This document shows, piece after piece, positions 10,887 to 22,255 of a stretch of DNA of 64,000 bases. The stretch's first letter is position 1. Each line of letters begins with the position of its first letter. The translations under genes and the position numbers were made by a program. Below the pieces are notes generated by a model, which saw nothing but the letters and a program-made list of their open reading frames with translations, made no database searches and was not told the DNA's origin. The stretch comes from an uncultured Gammaproteobacteria bacterium (GTDB lineage: Bacteria > Pseudomonadota > Gammaproteobacteria > Steroidobacterales > Steroidobacteraceae), in NCBI GenBank assembly GCA_963782845.1, contig CAWALM010000011.1, positions 255 to 64,254 on the forward strand, given 5' to 3'.

Positions 10887-12104
10887 ATGTCCGATCCCCT
10901 TGCCCCAACGGGCGGCGCAGGTTCTGCCCGCTCCGAGATCCCCCAGGATTCCCGCGACCCCACGCACCAAGGCCGGGTGATCGTCGGCATTTCGGGCGGC
11001 GTCGATTCGGCGGTCGCCGCGTTGCTGCTGCTCGAAGCCGGACACGCGGTGCAGGGATTGTTCATGTCCAACTGGGAAGACGACGACGACTCCTATTGCA
11101 CCACTGCCGAGGATTTCCAGGATGCGCGCCGAGTCTGCGATAAGCTCGGAATTGCGCTGCATCGCGTGAGCTTCGCGGCCGAATACCGCGAACGCGTGTT
11201 CAGTCATTTCCTGCGCGAATACACCGCCGGCCGCACGCCGAACCCGGACGTGCTGTGCAACCGCGAGATCAAATTCGGCGTCTGCCTCGACTACATGCAG
11301 CGGCTCGGCGCCGCGTGGATTGCGACCGGCCACTATGCCCGGGTGCTGCACGGAGTCGGCGCGCCGCAATTGCTCAAGGCCACCGACCCGGCCAAGGACC
11401 AGAGCTATTTCCTGCACGGCGTGTCGCCCCAGGCGCTCTCGCGCACGCTGTTCCCGATCGGCGAGCTCAGCAAGCAGGAGGTACGCCGGCGCGCCCATGC
11501 GGCAGGCCTGCCGGTCTTCGACAAGCCCGACAGCACCGGTATCTGCTTCATCGGCGAGCGGCCGTTTGCCGACTTTCTCGCGCGCTATGTGCGCGCCGCG
11601 CCGGGCCCCATCGAAACGGCTGCGGGCGAGCTCGTCGGCGAGCACCGCGGACTCGCGTTCTACACGCTCGGCCAGCGCGCCGGCCTCAAGATCGGCGGAC
11701 GCGCGGGCGCCGCGGCCGCGCCCTGGTATGTCGCCGACAAGGACCTTGCCCGCAATGCGTTGATCGTGGTTCAGCGTCCGGATCATCCGCTGCTGCTGTC
11801 GTCGGCGTTCGAGGTTGCCGAGATCCACTGGCTCGAGCCGCCGCCCGGAGCTGAGTTCGAGTGCTGCGTCAAGACGCGCTACCGGCAGCGGGACCTCGCC
11901 TGCCGGGTCGAGGCCGGCGCCGGCGCGGGCGGCGTGCGCGTCGCGCTCACGGAGCCGGCGCGCGCCGTGACCCCGGGACAGTACGCGGTGTTCTATCGCG
12001 GCGATCAGTGTCTCGGCGGCGGCGTCATCGCGCGTCGCTTTCCTGCGACTCTTGCGCCGACGGCGCCGAGCACGCCGAATCCCTTGGCAATCGCTTATAC
12101 TTGA
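10887..12104 (+). CDS. mnmA: tRNA 2-thiouridine(34) synthase
   Basis: 405 aa. PP-loop VGISGGVDSAVAALLL and the CNREIKF and DSTGICFIGER blocks. Confidence 0.92.
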   Translation: MSDPLAPTGGAGSARSEIPQDSRDPTHQGRVIVGISGGVDSAVAALLLLEAGHAVQGLFMSNWEDDDDSYCTTAEDFQDARRVCDKLGIALHRVSFAAEYRERVFSHFLREYTAGRTPNPDVLCNREIKFGVCLDYMQRLGAAWIATGHYARVLHGVGAPQLLKATDPAKDQSYFLHGVSPQALSRTLFPIGELSKQEVRRRAHAAGLPVFDKPDSTGICFIGERPFADFLARYVRAAPGPIETAAGELVGEHRGLAFYTLGQRAGLKIGGRAGAAAAPWYVADKDLARNALIVVQRPDHPLLLSSAFEVAEIHWLEPPPGAEFECCVKTRYRQRDLACRVEAGAGAGGVRVALTEPARAVTPGQYAVFYRGDQCLGGGVIARRFPATLAPTAPSTPNPLAIAYT

Positions 12105-12125
12105 GACCTTTCCGCGGAGAGCTTC

Positions 12126-14819
12126 ATGACCAACAGCTACCATGCTCGATCGACGCTTGCGGTCGGCGCCCATCAGTATGAGATTTTGAGCCTGGCGGCG
12201 CTCGCGGACCCGCGAGTCGATCGCCTGCCGTTCTCGCTGAAGATCCTGCTCGAGAATTTGCTGCGCTTCGAGGATGGCGTCAACGTGACGCGCAACGACA
12301 TCGAGGCGCTGCTCAATTGGGACCCGCAGGGTGCTCCGCAACATGAAATCGCGTTCACGCCGGCGCGCGTGATCATGCAGGACTTCACCGGAGTCCCCTG
12401 CATCGTCGATCTGGCCGCGATGCGCGAGGCGATCGTACGGCTCGGCGGCGATCCGCAGCGCGTCAATCCGCTCGCACCCGCCGAACTCGTGATCGACCAC
12501 TCGGTGCAAGTCGACGAGTATGGAACCGCCGACTCGCTGAAGCGCAACAACGAAATCGAATTCAGCCGCAACGGCGAGCGCTACATGTTCCTGCGGTGGG
12601 GCCAAACCGCCTTCAGCAATTTCAAGGTCGTGCCGCCCAACACCGGCATCGTCCACCAGGTCAACATCGAGCGCCTCGCCCGCGTCGTGTTCTCCGACAC
12701 TTCGAAGAAAGTGGCCGTCGCCTATCCGGATACGCTGGTCGGCACCGACTCGCACACGACGATGGTCAACGGACTCGGCGTGCTGGGGTGGGGAGTCGGC
12801 GGCATCGAGGCCGAGGCCGCGATGCTCGGTCAGCCGGTGACGATGCTGATCCCGCAGGTGATCGGCTTCAAGCTCACGGGCAGCTTGCCGGCCGGCACGA
12901 CCGCGACCGATCTCGTGCTCACGGTCACGGAGATCCTGCGCAAGCAGGGCGTCGTCGACAAGTTCGTCGAGTTCTTCGGCGACGGGCTCAAGGGCTTGCC
13001 GCTCGCGGATCGCGCAACGATCGCGAACATGTCGCCGGAGTTCGGCTCGACCTGCGCGATCTTCCCGATCGACGAGGAAACCATCCGGTATCTCGAGCTC
13101 ACGGGCCGCAGCGCCGATCAGATCGCGCTCGTCGAGGCCTACGCGCGCGCCCAGGGACTGTGGCGCATCGACGGCCCGACCAGTGCCCAGTATACGGAGA
13201 TCGTGAGCCTCGACCTCGCGACCGTCGAGCCGTCGATTGCGGGCCCCAAGCGCCCGCAGGACCGCATTGCGCTGCGCGGCGCGAAGGCCGCCTACCGCCA
13301 CAGCGTCAAGAAGATGGCCGACGAACGCGCGCAAAAGAATCCGCAGGCGAGCGGCAAGGCGCCGGCCGTGGTCGGCGGCAGGAGCTTCGATGTCGAGGAC
13401 GGCGCGGTGCTGATCGCGGCCATCACGAGCTGCACGAACACCTCGAATCCCGCAGTGCTGGTGGCCGCCGGGTTGCTCGCGCGCAATGCGCGCGCGCTGG
13501 GGCTGACGGCGAAGCCCTGGGTCAAGACCTCGCTCGCGCCCGGATCGCGCGTCGTCACCGACTATTTGCAGAAAGCGGGATTGCTCGCCGACCTCGAGGC
13601 ATTGGGCTTCTACACGGTCGGCTATGGTTGCACGACCTGCATCGGCAATTCTGGACCCTTGAAGCCCGAGATCTCCGATGCGGTCAAGGCCGGCGACGTC
13701 ATCGCCTGCTCGGTGCTTTCCGGCAATCGCAACTTCGAAGGCCGCGTGCATCCGGAAGTCAAAATGAACTTCCTCGCGTCGCCGCCGCTCGTGGTCGCGT
13801 ATGCCTTGGCGGGCAGCCTCGATGTCGACATCACAACCGAAGCGCTCGGCGCGGGTACCGACGGCAAGCCGGTCTATTTGCGCGACATTTGGCCGAGCGG
13901 CCAAGACGTCGCGGAGGCGGTCACCGCCTCGGTCGATTCCGCGATGTTCACCAAAGGCTACGCCAACGTGTTCAAGGGCGACGCCAACTGGAGCGAGATC
14001 AAGACGCCCGCGGGCAAGATCTATGCATGGGACGGCAAATCGACCTACGTCAAGAATCCGCCCTACTTCGACGGCATGACGATGACGCCGGCACCGGTCG
14101 GTGACATCCAGGGCGCGCGGGCGCTCGCCGTGCTCGGCGATTCGGTGACGACCGACCACATCTCCCCGGCCGGCAATATTTCAAAATCGAGCCCGGCGGC
14201 GAAATACCTCGTCTCGCAGGGCGTGCAGCCCGCGGATTTCAATTCCTACGGCGCGCGGCGCGGCAATCATGAGGTCATGATGCGCGGCACGTTCGCGAAC
14301 ATCCGGCTGCGCAATCTGTTGCTGCCGGGCACCGAGGGCGGCATCACGGTGCACATTCCGAGCGGCGACCAGATGTCGATTTTCGACGCTTCGGTACGCT
14401 ACAAGGCCGCGGGGACCCCGCTCGTGATTCTGGCCGGCAAGGAGTACGGAACCGGCAGCTCGCGCGACTGGGCCGCGAAAGGCACGATGCTGCTCGGGGT
14501 CAAGGCGGTGATCGCGGAGAGTTTCGAGCGCATCCACCGCTCCAACCTCATCGGCATGGGCGTGCTGCCGCTGCAGTATCAAGACGGGCAAAACGCGCAG
14601 AGCCTCGGTCTGACCGGCCGGGAGACGTTTGCGATCGCGGGCCTCGATCGAGGCGCAGCCAAGGTCGTTTCGGTGATCGCGACCGCCGACGACGGCAAGA
14701 TCACGGCCTTCAAGGCGCGCCTGCGCATCGACACGCCGAAGGAACTCGATTACTACCAGCACGGCGGCATCCTGCACTACGTGCTGCGCCAGCTCGCGCT
14801 CGCCGGCAAGGCCGCCTGA
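12126..14819 (+). CDS. acnA: aconitate hydratase A
   Basis: 897 aa. Fe-S ligand blocks [10 protein letters not shown] and [10 protein letters not shown], and the swivel-domain block [16 protein letters not shown]. Confidence 0.92.
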   Translation: MTNSYHARSTLAVGAHQYEILSLAALADPRVDRLPFSLKILLENLLRFEDGVNVTRNDIEALLNWDPQGAPQHEIAFTPARVIMQDFTGVPCIVDLAAMREAIVRLGGDPQRVNPLAPAELVIDHSVQVDEYGTADSLKRNNEIEFSRNGERYMFLRWGQTAFSNFKVVPPNTGIVHQVNIERLARVVFSDTSKKVAVAYPDTLVGTDSHTTMVNGLGVLGWGVGGIEAEAAMLGQPVTMLIPQVIGFKLTGSLPAGTTATDLVLTVTEILRKQGVVDKFVEFFGDGLKGLPLADRATIANMSPEFGSTCAIFPIDEETIRYLELTGRSADQIALVEAYARAQGLWRIDGPTSAQYTEIVSLDLATVEPSIAGPKRPQDRIALRGAKAAYRHSVKKMADERAQKNPQASGKAPAVVGGRSFDVEDGAVLIAAITSCTNTSNPAVLVAAGLLARNARALGLTAKPWVKTSLAPGSRVVTDYLQKAGLLADLEALGFYTVGYGCTTCIGNSGPLKPEISDAVKAGDVIACSVLSGNRNFEGRVHPEVKMNFLASPPLVVAYALAGSLDVDITTEALGAGTDGKPVYLRDIWPSGQDVAEAVTASVDSAMFTKGYANVFKGDANWSEIKTPAGKIYAWDGKSTYVKNPPYFDGMTMTPAPVGDIQGARALAVLGDSVTTDHISPAGNISKSSPAAKYLVSQGVQPADFNSYGARRGNHEVMMRGTFANIRLRNLLLPGTEGGITVHIPSGDQMSIFDASVRYKAAGTPLVILAGKEYGTGSSRDWAAKGTMLLGVKAVIAESFERIHRSNLIGMGVLPLQYQDGQNAQSLGLTGRETFAIAGLDRGAAKVVSVIATADDGKITAFKARLRIDTPKELDYYQHGGILHYVLRQLALAGKAA

Positions 14820-14841
14820 CCCGGCGGCGGCGGACCCGCTC

Positions 14842-16161
14842 CTACGGCGCGGCTGCGGGGATGCTGCCCGCTTCCACGAGCACCATGGACGCCGGATTCA
14901 GATGCGATTTGATCGCGGCATTGACCTCGGCCAAGCTCAAGGCGTCGACGGCCGTCGGATAGCGATCGAGCCAGCTGAGATCGTAACCGCGCTGGATCGT
15001 CGCGAGGATCGTGTTGGCGACCCCGCTGGTCGTCGCGAGACTCACATGATAGCCCCCGATCATGCCCTGCTTGCGCAGATTGAGTTCCCGCTCGGTGATC
15101 CCGTCCTTCCACCAGGTCTGCAGCTCGCGACGGCTCGATGCGATGCCCTTGTCGAGTAGTTTGGGCGCAAAGGTCGCAGTGAGCTCCCAGGCGCCGCCCG
15201 TGAGCGTATCTTCCGTGACGCCGGCACCGATATCGTAGGTCAGGCCCTCCTTGTCGCGCACCGTCGACATCAGGCGGCCCGTGAAGCCGTGCCCCAAGGC
15301 AGCGGTTCCGACCCGCAGCGCGAGCGCGTCGGGGTCCTTGTAGCGTAGACCGGTCGCCTGCCCGAGGATCACCGAAACGCTGGGCTTCTCTTCGAGCGGC
15401 ACCTTGAGGTCGCGGGCGGCCTGCACAGGTTCGCCGGGCGCAGCGAGATAGTCGTGACCGCCGCTCCAACCCGCAAATGCCTTGGCGACTTCCGCGGCCG
15501 CGTTCGCATCGGAAACGTCGCCCGCGAGCACCAGCGTGAAGTGCGCGGGGCCGTAGTACTTCGCATGGAACGACTTGACCTCGTCGAGCGTCGCGGACTT
15601 GGCCGCGGCCAGGAATTCCTCGAGGCTGTGCGGACGATTGGGATTACCCGGCGGAAAAATCGCGCGCGCGAACGCTTCCTGCGAGCGCGCCTCGGTGCTT
15701 TGCAGCGACGACTCCAGCATGCCGGCGAATTGCTGCTTGGCCTTCGCGAATTCCTGCGCCGTGAGCGCCGGTGTGCGCAATTCCGCGGCGATGATGCCGA
15801 TCACGAGCGGCAAATCCTTCTTTAGGCATTTCGCGCGGACTTCGAGGGACTGCGTGCCGACGCCGAACGAGATCTCGGCGCCGACGCTCTCGAGCTGCTG
15901 GGCGATCGCGAACTGGTCCTGCGCGCGCGTGCCGCGGTCGAGCATCATGCCCGTCAAGGTCGGAACCGCCGCGTTGCCGCTGCCGGCGAACGCATCGCCC
16001 GCGGGCAGCGCGCCGTGAATGACGATGACGTCCTTGACGCCGGTCGCATAGGTGATCAAGTCGATGCCGGCGACCGGCGATCTTTGCGAGTGCTCGGCCA
16101 TATCGGCCGAAGCGGACATTGCCGCGAACAGCAAACCGATCAAGACCTGAATTCTGATCAC
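14842..16161 (-). CDS. M16 family peptidase, non-catalytic-type partner subunit
   Basis: Insulinase-like fold by composition and length. No HxxEH motif seen. The likely GTG start at 16161 gives a signal peptide (VIRIQVLIGLLFAAMSASA) and a GTGA overlap with the stop of the upstream M16 gene. The ORF-track start at 16323 would overlap that gene by 160 nt. Confidence 0.75.
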   Translation of the reverse strand: MIRIQVLIGLLFAAMSASADMAEHSQRSPVAGIDLITYATGVKDVIVIHGALPAGDAFAGSGNAAVPTLTGMMLDRGTRAQDQFAIAQQLESVGAEISFGVGTQSLEVRAKCLKKDLPLVIGIIAAELRTPALTAQEFAKAKQQFAGMLESSLQSTEARSQEAFARAIFPPGNPNRPHSLEEFLAAAKSATLDEVKSFHAKYYGPAHFTLVLAGDVSDANAAAEVAKAFAGWSGGHDYLAAPGEPVQAARDLKVPLEEKPSVSVILGQATGLRYKDPDALALRVGTAALGHGFTGRLMSTVRDKEGLTYDIGAGVTEDTLTGGAWELTATFAPKLLDKGIASSRRELQTWWKDGITERELNLRKQGMIGGYHVSLATTSGVANTILATIQRGYDLSWLDRYPTAVDALSLAEVNAAIKSHLNPASMVLVEAGSIPAAAP

Positions 16162-17610
16162 GGGCCGTGCTCCGCCTGGGTTGTGGCCGGGACGAACCAG
16201 CCGGTCGTACTCTGATCCTCGTCGAAATATTTCTTTGCGACGCGCTGAACGTCCGCCGGCGTCACCCGCTCGACCTGCGCCGGAAAGCTCGAATACAGCG
16301 TCCAATCCCCGACCGCGATCCACTCGTTGAGTTCGCTCGCGACCGCCGCGGTGCCGTCGCGCCGGTAGGCGTCGGCTGCGAGATACTGCTGTTTGACGCG
16401 GTCGATCTCGGCCGGCGTGACGCCCTCGGTCTTGATCTTGCCGATCTCGGCGAGCAGCGCCTTTTCGACCTGCTCATGGGAGGCGCCCGGTGCGAGCTGC
16501 GCGAACAGGGTGTGCAGCGACAGATCCCGGTGCAGGTCGGTGCCCGAGCCGGCGTTGAGCGCGAGCCCCTGATCGACGAGCGCGCGGTACAGGCGCGCGC
16601 TCTTGCCCGAACTCAATATCGCATCCAGCATCTCGAGCGCCGGCTGATCGGCATCGCGGCCGTTCGGCACCTTGTGAGCGATCAACACGGCGCCCAACTC
16701 TCCCGGGCGTTTGATCACGACGCGGCGTGCGCCGCGTTGCGCCGGCTCCTCGGTATAGATGTCGGGAATCGCGGCCGGTGAACGCGTATAGCCGCCGTAG
16801 TACTTGCGGATCAGCTGCAAGGTCGCCGCGGGATCGATGTCGCCGACCACGGTCACGGTCGCGTTGTTCGGCCAGTAGAAGGTGTCGTAGAAAGCGCGCA
16901 GCTTCTCGATCGGCACGTGCTCGATGTCGCTGAGCCAGCCGATCGTCGGGTGATGGTACGGCAGTGCGACGTACGCCGCCGCGGTCACCGCTTCCATCGA
17001 GCACCTCGTCGGGATCGTTCTTGCCGCGCTCGTATTCATTGCGCACGACGGTCATTTCCGCCTGCCGATCGGCCTCTCGCAACAGCAGGCGGCGCATGCG
17101 ATCCGCTTCGATCGCGATGTAGCCCTCGAGACTTTCGCGCCCGACGGTCGCAAAATAGGTGGTCCGATCGACCGAGGTATTGGCGTTGTATTGGCCGCCG
17201 ATGCGCTCGAGATACTGCTTGACGCTGTTGCCCTTGGCGTCGTTGTATCCCTCGCTGCCCTTGAACATCATGTGTTCGAGGATGTGGGTCGCGCCCGTCG
17301 TTCCGGTGACCTCATTGCGCGAGCCGACGCGGTAGGTCACCTCGAATGTGACGACCGGCGCCGAGTGGTCGGCCGCGAGCAGGATGTCGAGCCCATTGTC
17401 GGCAAGCCGGTATTCGTCGATGCCGCCGACCGACTTCACGAACTCGACGCCGCCGACGGTCGCGTGCGGCGCCGCGGGCGCAGCGGCGCCGGCGGGCTGC
17501 CGCGCCGCGGGCGGCTGAGCGCAGAGCGAGCGCCAGCACACGATCACGAGCAGGCTGACGCGACGCAAAGCTCGAGCGGCGAGACGGCCCAATCGGCGTT
17601 TCGACAGCAT
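16158..17610 (-). pseudogene. M16 family zinc peptidase (HxxEH) with one apparent frameshift near 16997-17000
   Basis: The N-terminal frame (ORF 16474..17610) carries HILEH, NEYERGKNDPDEVL and a signal peptide. The C-terminal frame (ORF 16158..17039) resumes with MEAVTAAAYVALPYHHPTIGW. Removing one base from GAGGTGCTC-G-ATGGAAGCG restores EVLMEAVTAAAY. Confidence 0.75.
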
Positions 17611-17649
17611 AAGCGACTCCTAGGAACTCAGGCGCGCAAAACTAGCATA

Positions 17650-17669
17650 GCTGCGACTCAGATCGCAGC
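17650..17669 (-). terminator. 7-bp perfect stem hairpin (GCTGCGA-N6-TCGCAGC) downstream of the transglutaminase-like gene
   Basis: Read directly. On the minus strand the stem is followed after 8 nt by a short T-run (AGTTTTG). It is not a textbook intrinsic terminator. Confidence 0.35.
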
Positions 17670-17679
17670 CCTTTCCGCC

Positions 17680-18486
17680 TCATGGGTCCAGACTTTGAAC
17701 CCTTGAGAGGTTCGGACCAAAGGTCATCGTCATCGCGACATCCACCGCGTCGCGGCCACGAGCGATCAAGATGCGGCCGATGCGCCGCTGATTGTTGCGC
17801 GGATCGAAGACGTGCCATTGACCGCCGAGATACGCCTCGAACCAGCCCGCGAAGTCCATCGGCGCATGCTGCGCGGGCACGCCGATGTCGCCGAGATAGC
17901 CGGTGCAGTAGCGTGCGGGTATGTTCAGGCAGCGGCACAGCGCGATCGCTAGATGCGCGTAGTCGCGGCAAACTCCGCGGCGCTCCGCGAACACTTCCGC
18001 GGCCGTCTTGGTCGGCCGTGCCGCGAGATAATCAAAGGCGATGTGCGTATGCACGTAGTCACAAATCGCCTGGACGCGCGACCAGCCGGGCGCCACGCCG
18101 CCGAAGAGCGCCCAGGCCGTGGCGGCCAGATGTTCCGTTTCACAATAGCGGCTCGCCAGTAGATACACCAAGGAGTCGTCCGGCAAGGATTCGACCGCGT
18201 GTTCCGCCGCGTAAGGAAACGCCGGCTCCGCGAGGCCGCCGTCGCTGATCAGCCCATCGGCGAAGATTCGAAAGTTGCCTTGCGGTGCGACCAAACGCGT
18301 GCACCAGTTGCCGGTGCCGTCTCGATACATCCGGGAGTCCACGAGCGGCTCTGTGAGGATGCGGTCGGCGCGCACCAAGTCGGCCGCACGCGAATAGTGG
18401 ACGTTCAAATTGAGGATCATCGGCGTGGGCTGCGGCAGCTCGTAGAGCAGTTCATAGCCGATTTGTATGAGCATCGTGTGTTGCAT
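17680..18486 (-). CDS. transglutaminase-like superfamily protein
   Basis: 268 aa. Catalytic-core block RRGVCRDYAHLAIALCRCLNIPARYCTGY, followed by H and D residues in GQWHVFDP. Confidence 0.8.
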   Translation of the reverse strand: MQHTMLIQIGYELLYELPQPTPMILNLNVHYSRAADLVRADRILTEPLVDSRMYRDGTGNWCTRLVAPQGNFRIFADGLISDGGLAEPAFPYAAEHAVESLPDDSLVYLLASRYCETEHLAATAWALFGGVAPGWSRVQAICDYVHTHIAFDYLAARPTKTAAEVFAERRGVCRDYAHLAIALCRCLNIPARYCTGYLGDIGVPAQHAPMDFAGWFEAYLGGQWHVFDPRNNQRRIGRILIARGRDAVDVAMTMTFGPNLSRVQSLDP

Positions 18487-18587
18487 CCCATTGAGGGCTG
18501 CGCGTAGGACCGGCGCGCAGCCTCACTATGCGCCCATCGGGCGCCTCGATAAAGCCGCGCGCGGGGAAGAGCCGCCGGGCCGAGTTG

Positions 18588-19576
18588 CTACGATTCGCCG
18601 GCCTCCGGCCGCGAGGCGCTTGCCGCACGAAGCCGCGTCAGCCCCAAGATGGCACGGCAGAACGGCGCCTCGACGCCGAGCCGCTCGGCGATCTCGACGA
18701 CGGCGCCGAGCTGCGGCTCGACCTCGAGCGTCCGGCCGGCTTCCAGATCCGCAAGCATCGAGGTCTTGAAATCGCCGAGCCGCCGTGTGACCTCGATGCG
18801 CTCGGCGGCACTCATCGTGCCCGCGAGGCCCAGCAGCTCGCCGCACTCGCGCATCTCCTGCATCATCCGCAGGCACAGCTCGCGAACCTCCGGATCGGCG
18901 AGCATCCCCGCCGTGCCCGATGCGGTCAGCGCGCTCAGCGAATTCATGTTCATGTTGCCCCAGAGTTTCGACCAGATTTCCTGCCGGATCGACGCGGAGA
19001 CGATGGCGTTGATGCCGCCGGCGCGCAACGCCGCCGCGATCTCGAGCACGCGCTGATCGGAGCGGCCGTCGGGCGCGCCGAGTATCAGGCGATCGGCGGC
19101 CACGAGTTGCACCTGCGCGGGCGCGAGCACGCGCGCACTCGCGTGCACGACGGAGCCCACGGCGCGCGCCTGCGGAAAACTCTCTGCCTGCGATCCGGTC
19201 GGATCGACGCAGCGCAGGCGCTCATTGCAGAGCGGACCCGGAAAATCCTCGAAGAACCACCACGGAATGCCGTTGGTCGCGCTCACGAGCGTGGTCTCGC
19301 CGCCCATCAGCGGCCGCAGCGACGGCGCGAGCGCCGGCAAGGCATGCGCCTTGACCGCGAGAAACACGTAATCCTGCGGCCCGAGCTCGATCGCCGATCC
19401 GGCGGCCGGAGTGCATCGGCGCACCAAGCCGTCACGCTCTACCTGCAGACCGCCGCTGCGCAGCGCCGCAGCGTCGCGCCGCGGGCGAGCATCGAGACGC
19501 GCCACCCGGCCCGATCGAGCGCGTCCGCGAGCCACGCACCAATCGCACCCGCGCCGACGATTGCCGCTGAAACCAT
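18588..19576 (-). pseudogene. 2-dehydropantoate 2-reductase family (ApbA/PanE-like) with one apparent frameshift near 19468
   Basis: Own translation from ATG 19576 gives the Rossmann N-terminus MVSAAIVGAGAIGAWLADALDRAGWRVSMLARGATL, which then hits a stop. The 315-aa ORF continues with AALRSGGLQVERDG...FLAVKAH...NGIPWW. Adding one base restores ATLAALRSGG. Confidence 0.7.
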
Positions 19577-19625
19577 GGATTATCTCTCCAAACCGCAGGT
19601 CTCGCCTTTGGTACCCTGTCTCAAT

Positions 19626-20305
19626 ATGACAGACTCCGACCAGCCGGCACTAGCGGTCTTCGACCTCGACGGGACCTTGACTTGGCACGATACGCTCTGG
19701 CGTTTCTCGCGGGTTTCGTGGCCCGCAAGCCCGCGAAGCTGCGGCAGTTGTGGCGCCTGCCGGGCGCGCTGCTCGCATTCCTGTTCGGCGGCTTCGACCG
19801 CGGATTGCTGAAATCGCGCGTGATCCAGATCGTCATGCAAGGTGAGCCGAAGAGCGCAATCGACGCCTGGGCCGATGTCTTCGTCGAGTCGATGCAGGCG
19901 CGCGGCTTGTTTCGCCAGGCCGGACTTGCGATCTTGGAGTCGCATCGCCGCGCCGGCGACCGGCTGATTCTGATGTCGGCGAGTCCGGACCTCTACGTGC
20001 CGCGCATCGGCCGCCTGCTCGGCTTCGAGCTGACGTTGTGCACCGAGATCGCGTGGCGCCAGGCGCTGCCCGAGGACCGCCTCGACGGCGCGCTCGCGAG
20101 CCCGAATCTGCGCGGCGAAGAGAAGCTGCGCTGTCTCGAATGGCTGCGCAGCCGCTATCCGGGGTCCGCGGTCTTCGCCTACGGCAACAGCAGCTCCGAC
20201 CTTCCGCATCTACGGATTGCCGAGCGCCCGATGCTCGTCAACGGCAATTCGAGCGCGCGGCGCCAAGCGGCGCAGCTGCGCATCCCGGTCGGCGCTTGGC
20301 TTTGA
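19626..20305 (+). pseudogene. HAD-IB family phosphatase with one apparent frameshift near 19690-19694
   Basis: ATG 19626 gives MTDSDQPALAVFDLDGTLTWHDT (HAD motif I). The rest lies in the frame of ORF 19682..20305 (ALAFLAGFV...LILMSASPD...YGNSSSDLPHL). A 1-bp gap joins the two frames. Confidence 0.65.
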
Positions 20306-20319
20306 TGACCGGCGCGGGC

Positions 20320-21387
20320 TCAGCGCTGCACGGCTTGCAGGGACTGATGCAGCTTGACCAGCAGCCGCTCGGTGGTCTCCCAATCGATGCAGGGATCGGT
20401 GATCGATATGCCGTACTCGAGCGTTGATAGATCCTTGGGGATCGGCTGGTTGCCGCCCCGCAAATGGCTCTCGAGCATCAGGCCGACGATCGAGCGGTTG
20501 CCGTCGGTGATCTGCGCGACGCAGTTCTCGGCGACCAGCGGCTGGAGCCCCGCGTCCTTGTTGGAATTGCCGTGGCTGCAGTCGACGACGATGTTCGCGG
20601 GCAGCTGCGCGGCGCTGAGCTCGCGCTCGGCCACGGCGATGCTGACCGCGTCATAATTGGAGCGGCCGCCGCCGCCGCGCAGCACGAGATGCGCGTGAGC
20701 ATTGCCGCGCGTGCGGAATACTGCGGACTGGCCCTGTTGTGTGATTCCAAGAAAATGATGCGGCCGGCGCACCGACTGCAGCGCATTGATCGACGTCGCG
20801 AGGCTGCCGTCGGTGCCGTTCTTGAAGCCCACCGGACTCGACAATCCGCTCGCCATTTCGCGGTGGGTCTGAGACTCCGTCGTGCGGGCGCCGATCGCCG
20901 TCCAGGTGATCAGCTCCGAGAGGTACTGCGGCATGATCGGGTCGAGCGCCTCGGTGCCGGCCGGCAGGCCGAGTTCCGCGATGTACAGCAGCAGTTCGCG
21001 CGCCAGCAGAATGCCCTTCTCGATGTGAAACGAATCGTCCATGTCCGGGTCGTTGATGAGCCCTTTCCAACCGACGGTCGTGCGCGGCTTCTCGAAGTAC
21101 ACGCGCATCACGGGGAAAATCGTCGATTCGATGCGCGAGCACAAGTCCCGCAGCCGATTTGCGTACTCGCGCGCCGCGACCACGTCGTGAATCGAACAGG
21201 GCCCGACGACGACGAACAGGCGCGGATCGGCTCGCTCGAGGATCGAGCGCACGACCTGGCGCGACTTGAGCACCGTGTTCGCTGCGCGCTGGGTGAGCGG
21301 CAGCCGCCGCTTGACTTCCTCGGGCGTCGCCAGCAAATCGCTGGAGACGACATTGACGTTCTGCAATTGATCTTGAATGTTTACCAC
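20320..21387 (-). CDS. class I 3-deoxy-7-phosphoheptulonate synthase (AroF/G/H type)
   Basis: 355 aa. Contains GPCSIHD, KPRTTVGWKGLINDP and the CSHGNS block. Confidence 0.9.
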   Translation of the reverse strand: MVNIQDQLQNVNVVSSDLLATPEEVKRRLPLTQRAANTVLKSRQVVRSILERADPRLFVVVGPCSIHDVVAAREYANRLRDLCSRIESTIFPVMRVYFEKPRTTVGWKGLINDPDMDDSFHIEKGILLARELLLYIAELGLPAGTEALDPIMPQYLSELITWTAIGARTTESQTHREMASGLSSPVGFKNGTDGSLATSINALQSVRRPHHFLGITQQGQSAVFRTRGNAHAHLVLRGGGGRSNYDAVSIAVAERELSAAQLPANIVVDCSHGNSNKDAGLQPLVAENCVAQITDGNRSIVGLMLESHLRGGNQPIPKDLSTLEYGISITDPCIDWETTERLLVKLHQSLQAVQR

Positions 21388-21394
21388 GATCGAC

Positions 21395-22252
21395 CTACAT
21401 GGATGTTCGGATGGTCCAGAGCTCCGGGAAGAACCTCAGCTCGAGCGCTTTGGTCAAATACGACACGCCGCTCGTGCCGCCTGTTCCGCGCTTGAAGCCG
21501 ATGATCCTCTCGACGGTCTTCACGTGCGCGAAGCGCCACAGCTGAAACTTGTAGTCGAGGTCGACCAGGTGCTCGGCCAGCTGGTAGAGATCCCACTCCT
21601 TTTCGGCGTTGTGGTAGACACTGAGCCATGCCGCGGCGACCTGCTTGCTCGCCTGATACGGCAGTGTGTAGTCGCGGTCGATCGCTTGCGGCGGCAAATC
21701 GAACCCGCGGCGGCTCAGCAAGCGCAGCACCTCGTCGTAGAGGCTCGGGGAGCGCAGCGCGAGGTCGAGGTGCGCGTAGATGAGCGGATCGTTGCGAAAT
21801 ACCTTGATCATGTCGGCATTCTTGTTGCCGATCGTGAACTCGAGCATCCGGTACTGCCACGACTGGAAGCCCGAGGATTTGCCGAGCGCGTTGCGGAACG
21901 CGGAGTAATCGGACGGCGTGATCGTCGCGAGCACATCCCAGGACTGCAACAGCTGATGCTGGATCGTCGAGACCCGCGCGAGCATCTTGAACGTCGGCCC
22001 GAGGTCGTCGCGCCGAACGCAGGCGACCGTCGCCGATAGCTCGTGCAGGCATAGCTTCATCCAAAGCTCGGACACCTGGTGAATCATGATGAACAGCATT
22101 TCGTCGTGCTGATACGAAATGGGGTGCTGCGAGTCGAGCAAGCGATCGAGATGCAGGTACTGCCCGTAGCTCAAAGACTCGGTCAGGTCCCAATAGACCC
22201 CCTCGTCGGTCAGGTCGACGAAGGGCTTCACCGGAGGCGTTGGATCGCTCAT
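21395..22252 (-). CDS. kynA: tryptophan 2,3-dioxygenase
   Basis: 285 aa. Contains YGQYLHLDRLLDSQHP, HDEMLFIMIHQVSELWMKL and SGFQSWQYR, the bacterial TDO blocks. Confidence 0.88.
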   Translation of the reverse strand: MSDPTPPVKPFVDLTDEGVYWDLTESLSYGQYLHLDRLLDSQHPISYQHDEMLFIMIHQVSELWMKLCLHELSATVACVRRDDLGPTFKMLARVSTIQHQLLQSWDVLATITPSDYSAFRNALGKSSGFQSWQYRMLEFTIGNKNADMIKVFRNDPLIYAHLDLALRSPSLYDEVLRLLSRRGFDLPPQAIDRDYTLPYQASKQVAAAWLSVYHNAEKEWDLYQLAEHLVDLDYKFQLWRFAHVKTVERIIGFKRGTGGTSGVSYLTKALELRFFPELWTIRTSM

Positions 22253-22255
22253 CCT

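Noticed and set aside
10686-14159. 1157-aa ORF on the minus strand, the longest unassigned ORF in the track
   Set aside because: It lies entirely antisense to mnmA and acnA, which both have unambiguous motifs. Its translation is Arg/Ala/Gly/Asp-rich with no recognisable domain, the usual shadow-ORF artefact of high-GC DNA. The same reasoning was applied to 472..1770(-), 3858..4961(-), 7566..8783(+), 18528..19811(+), 28230..30095(+), 39528..40433(+), 42139..43341(-) and similar ORFs.
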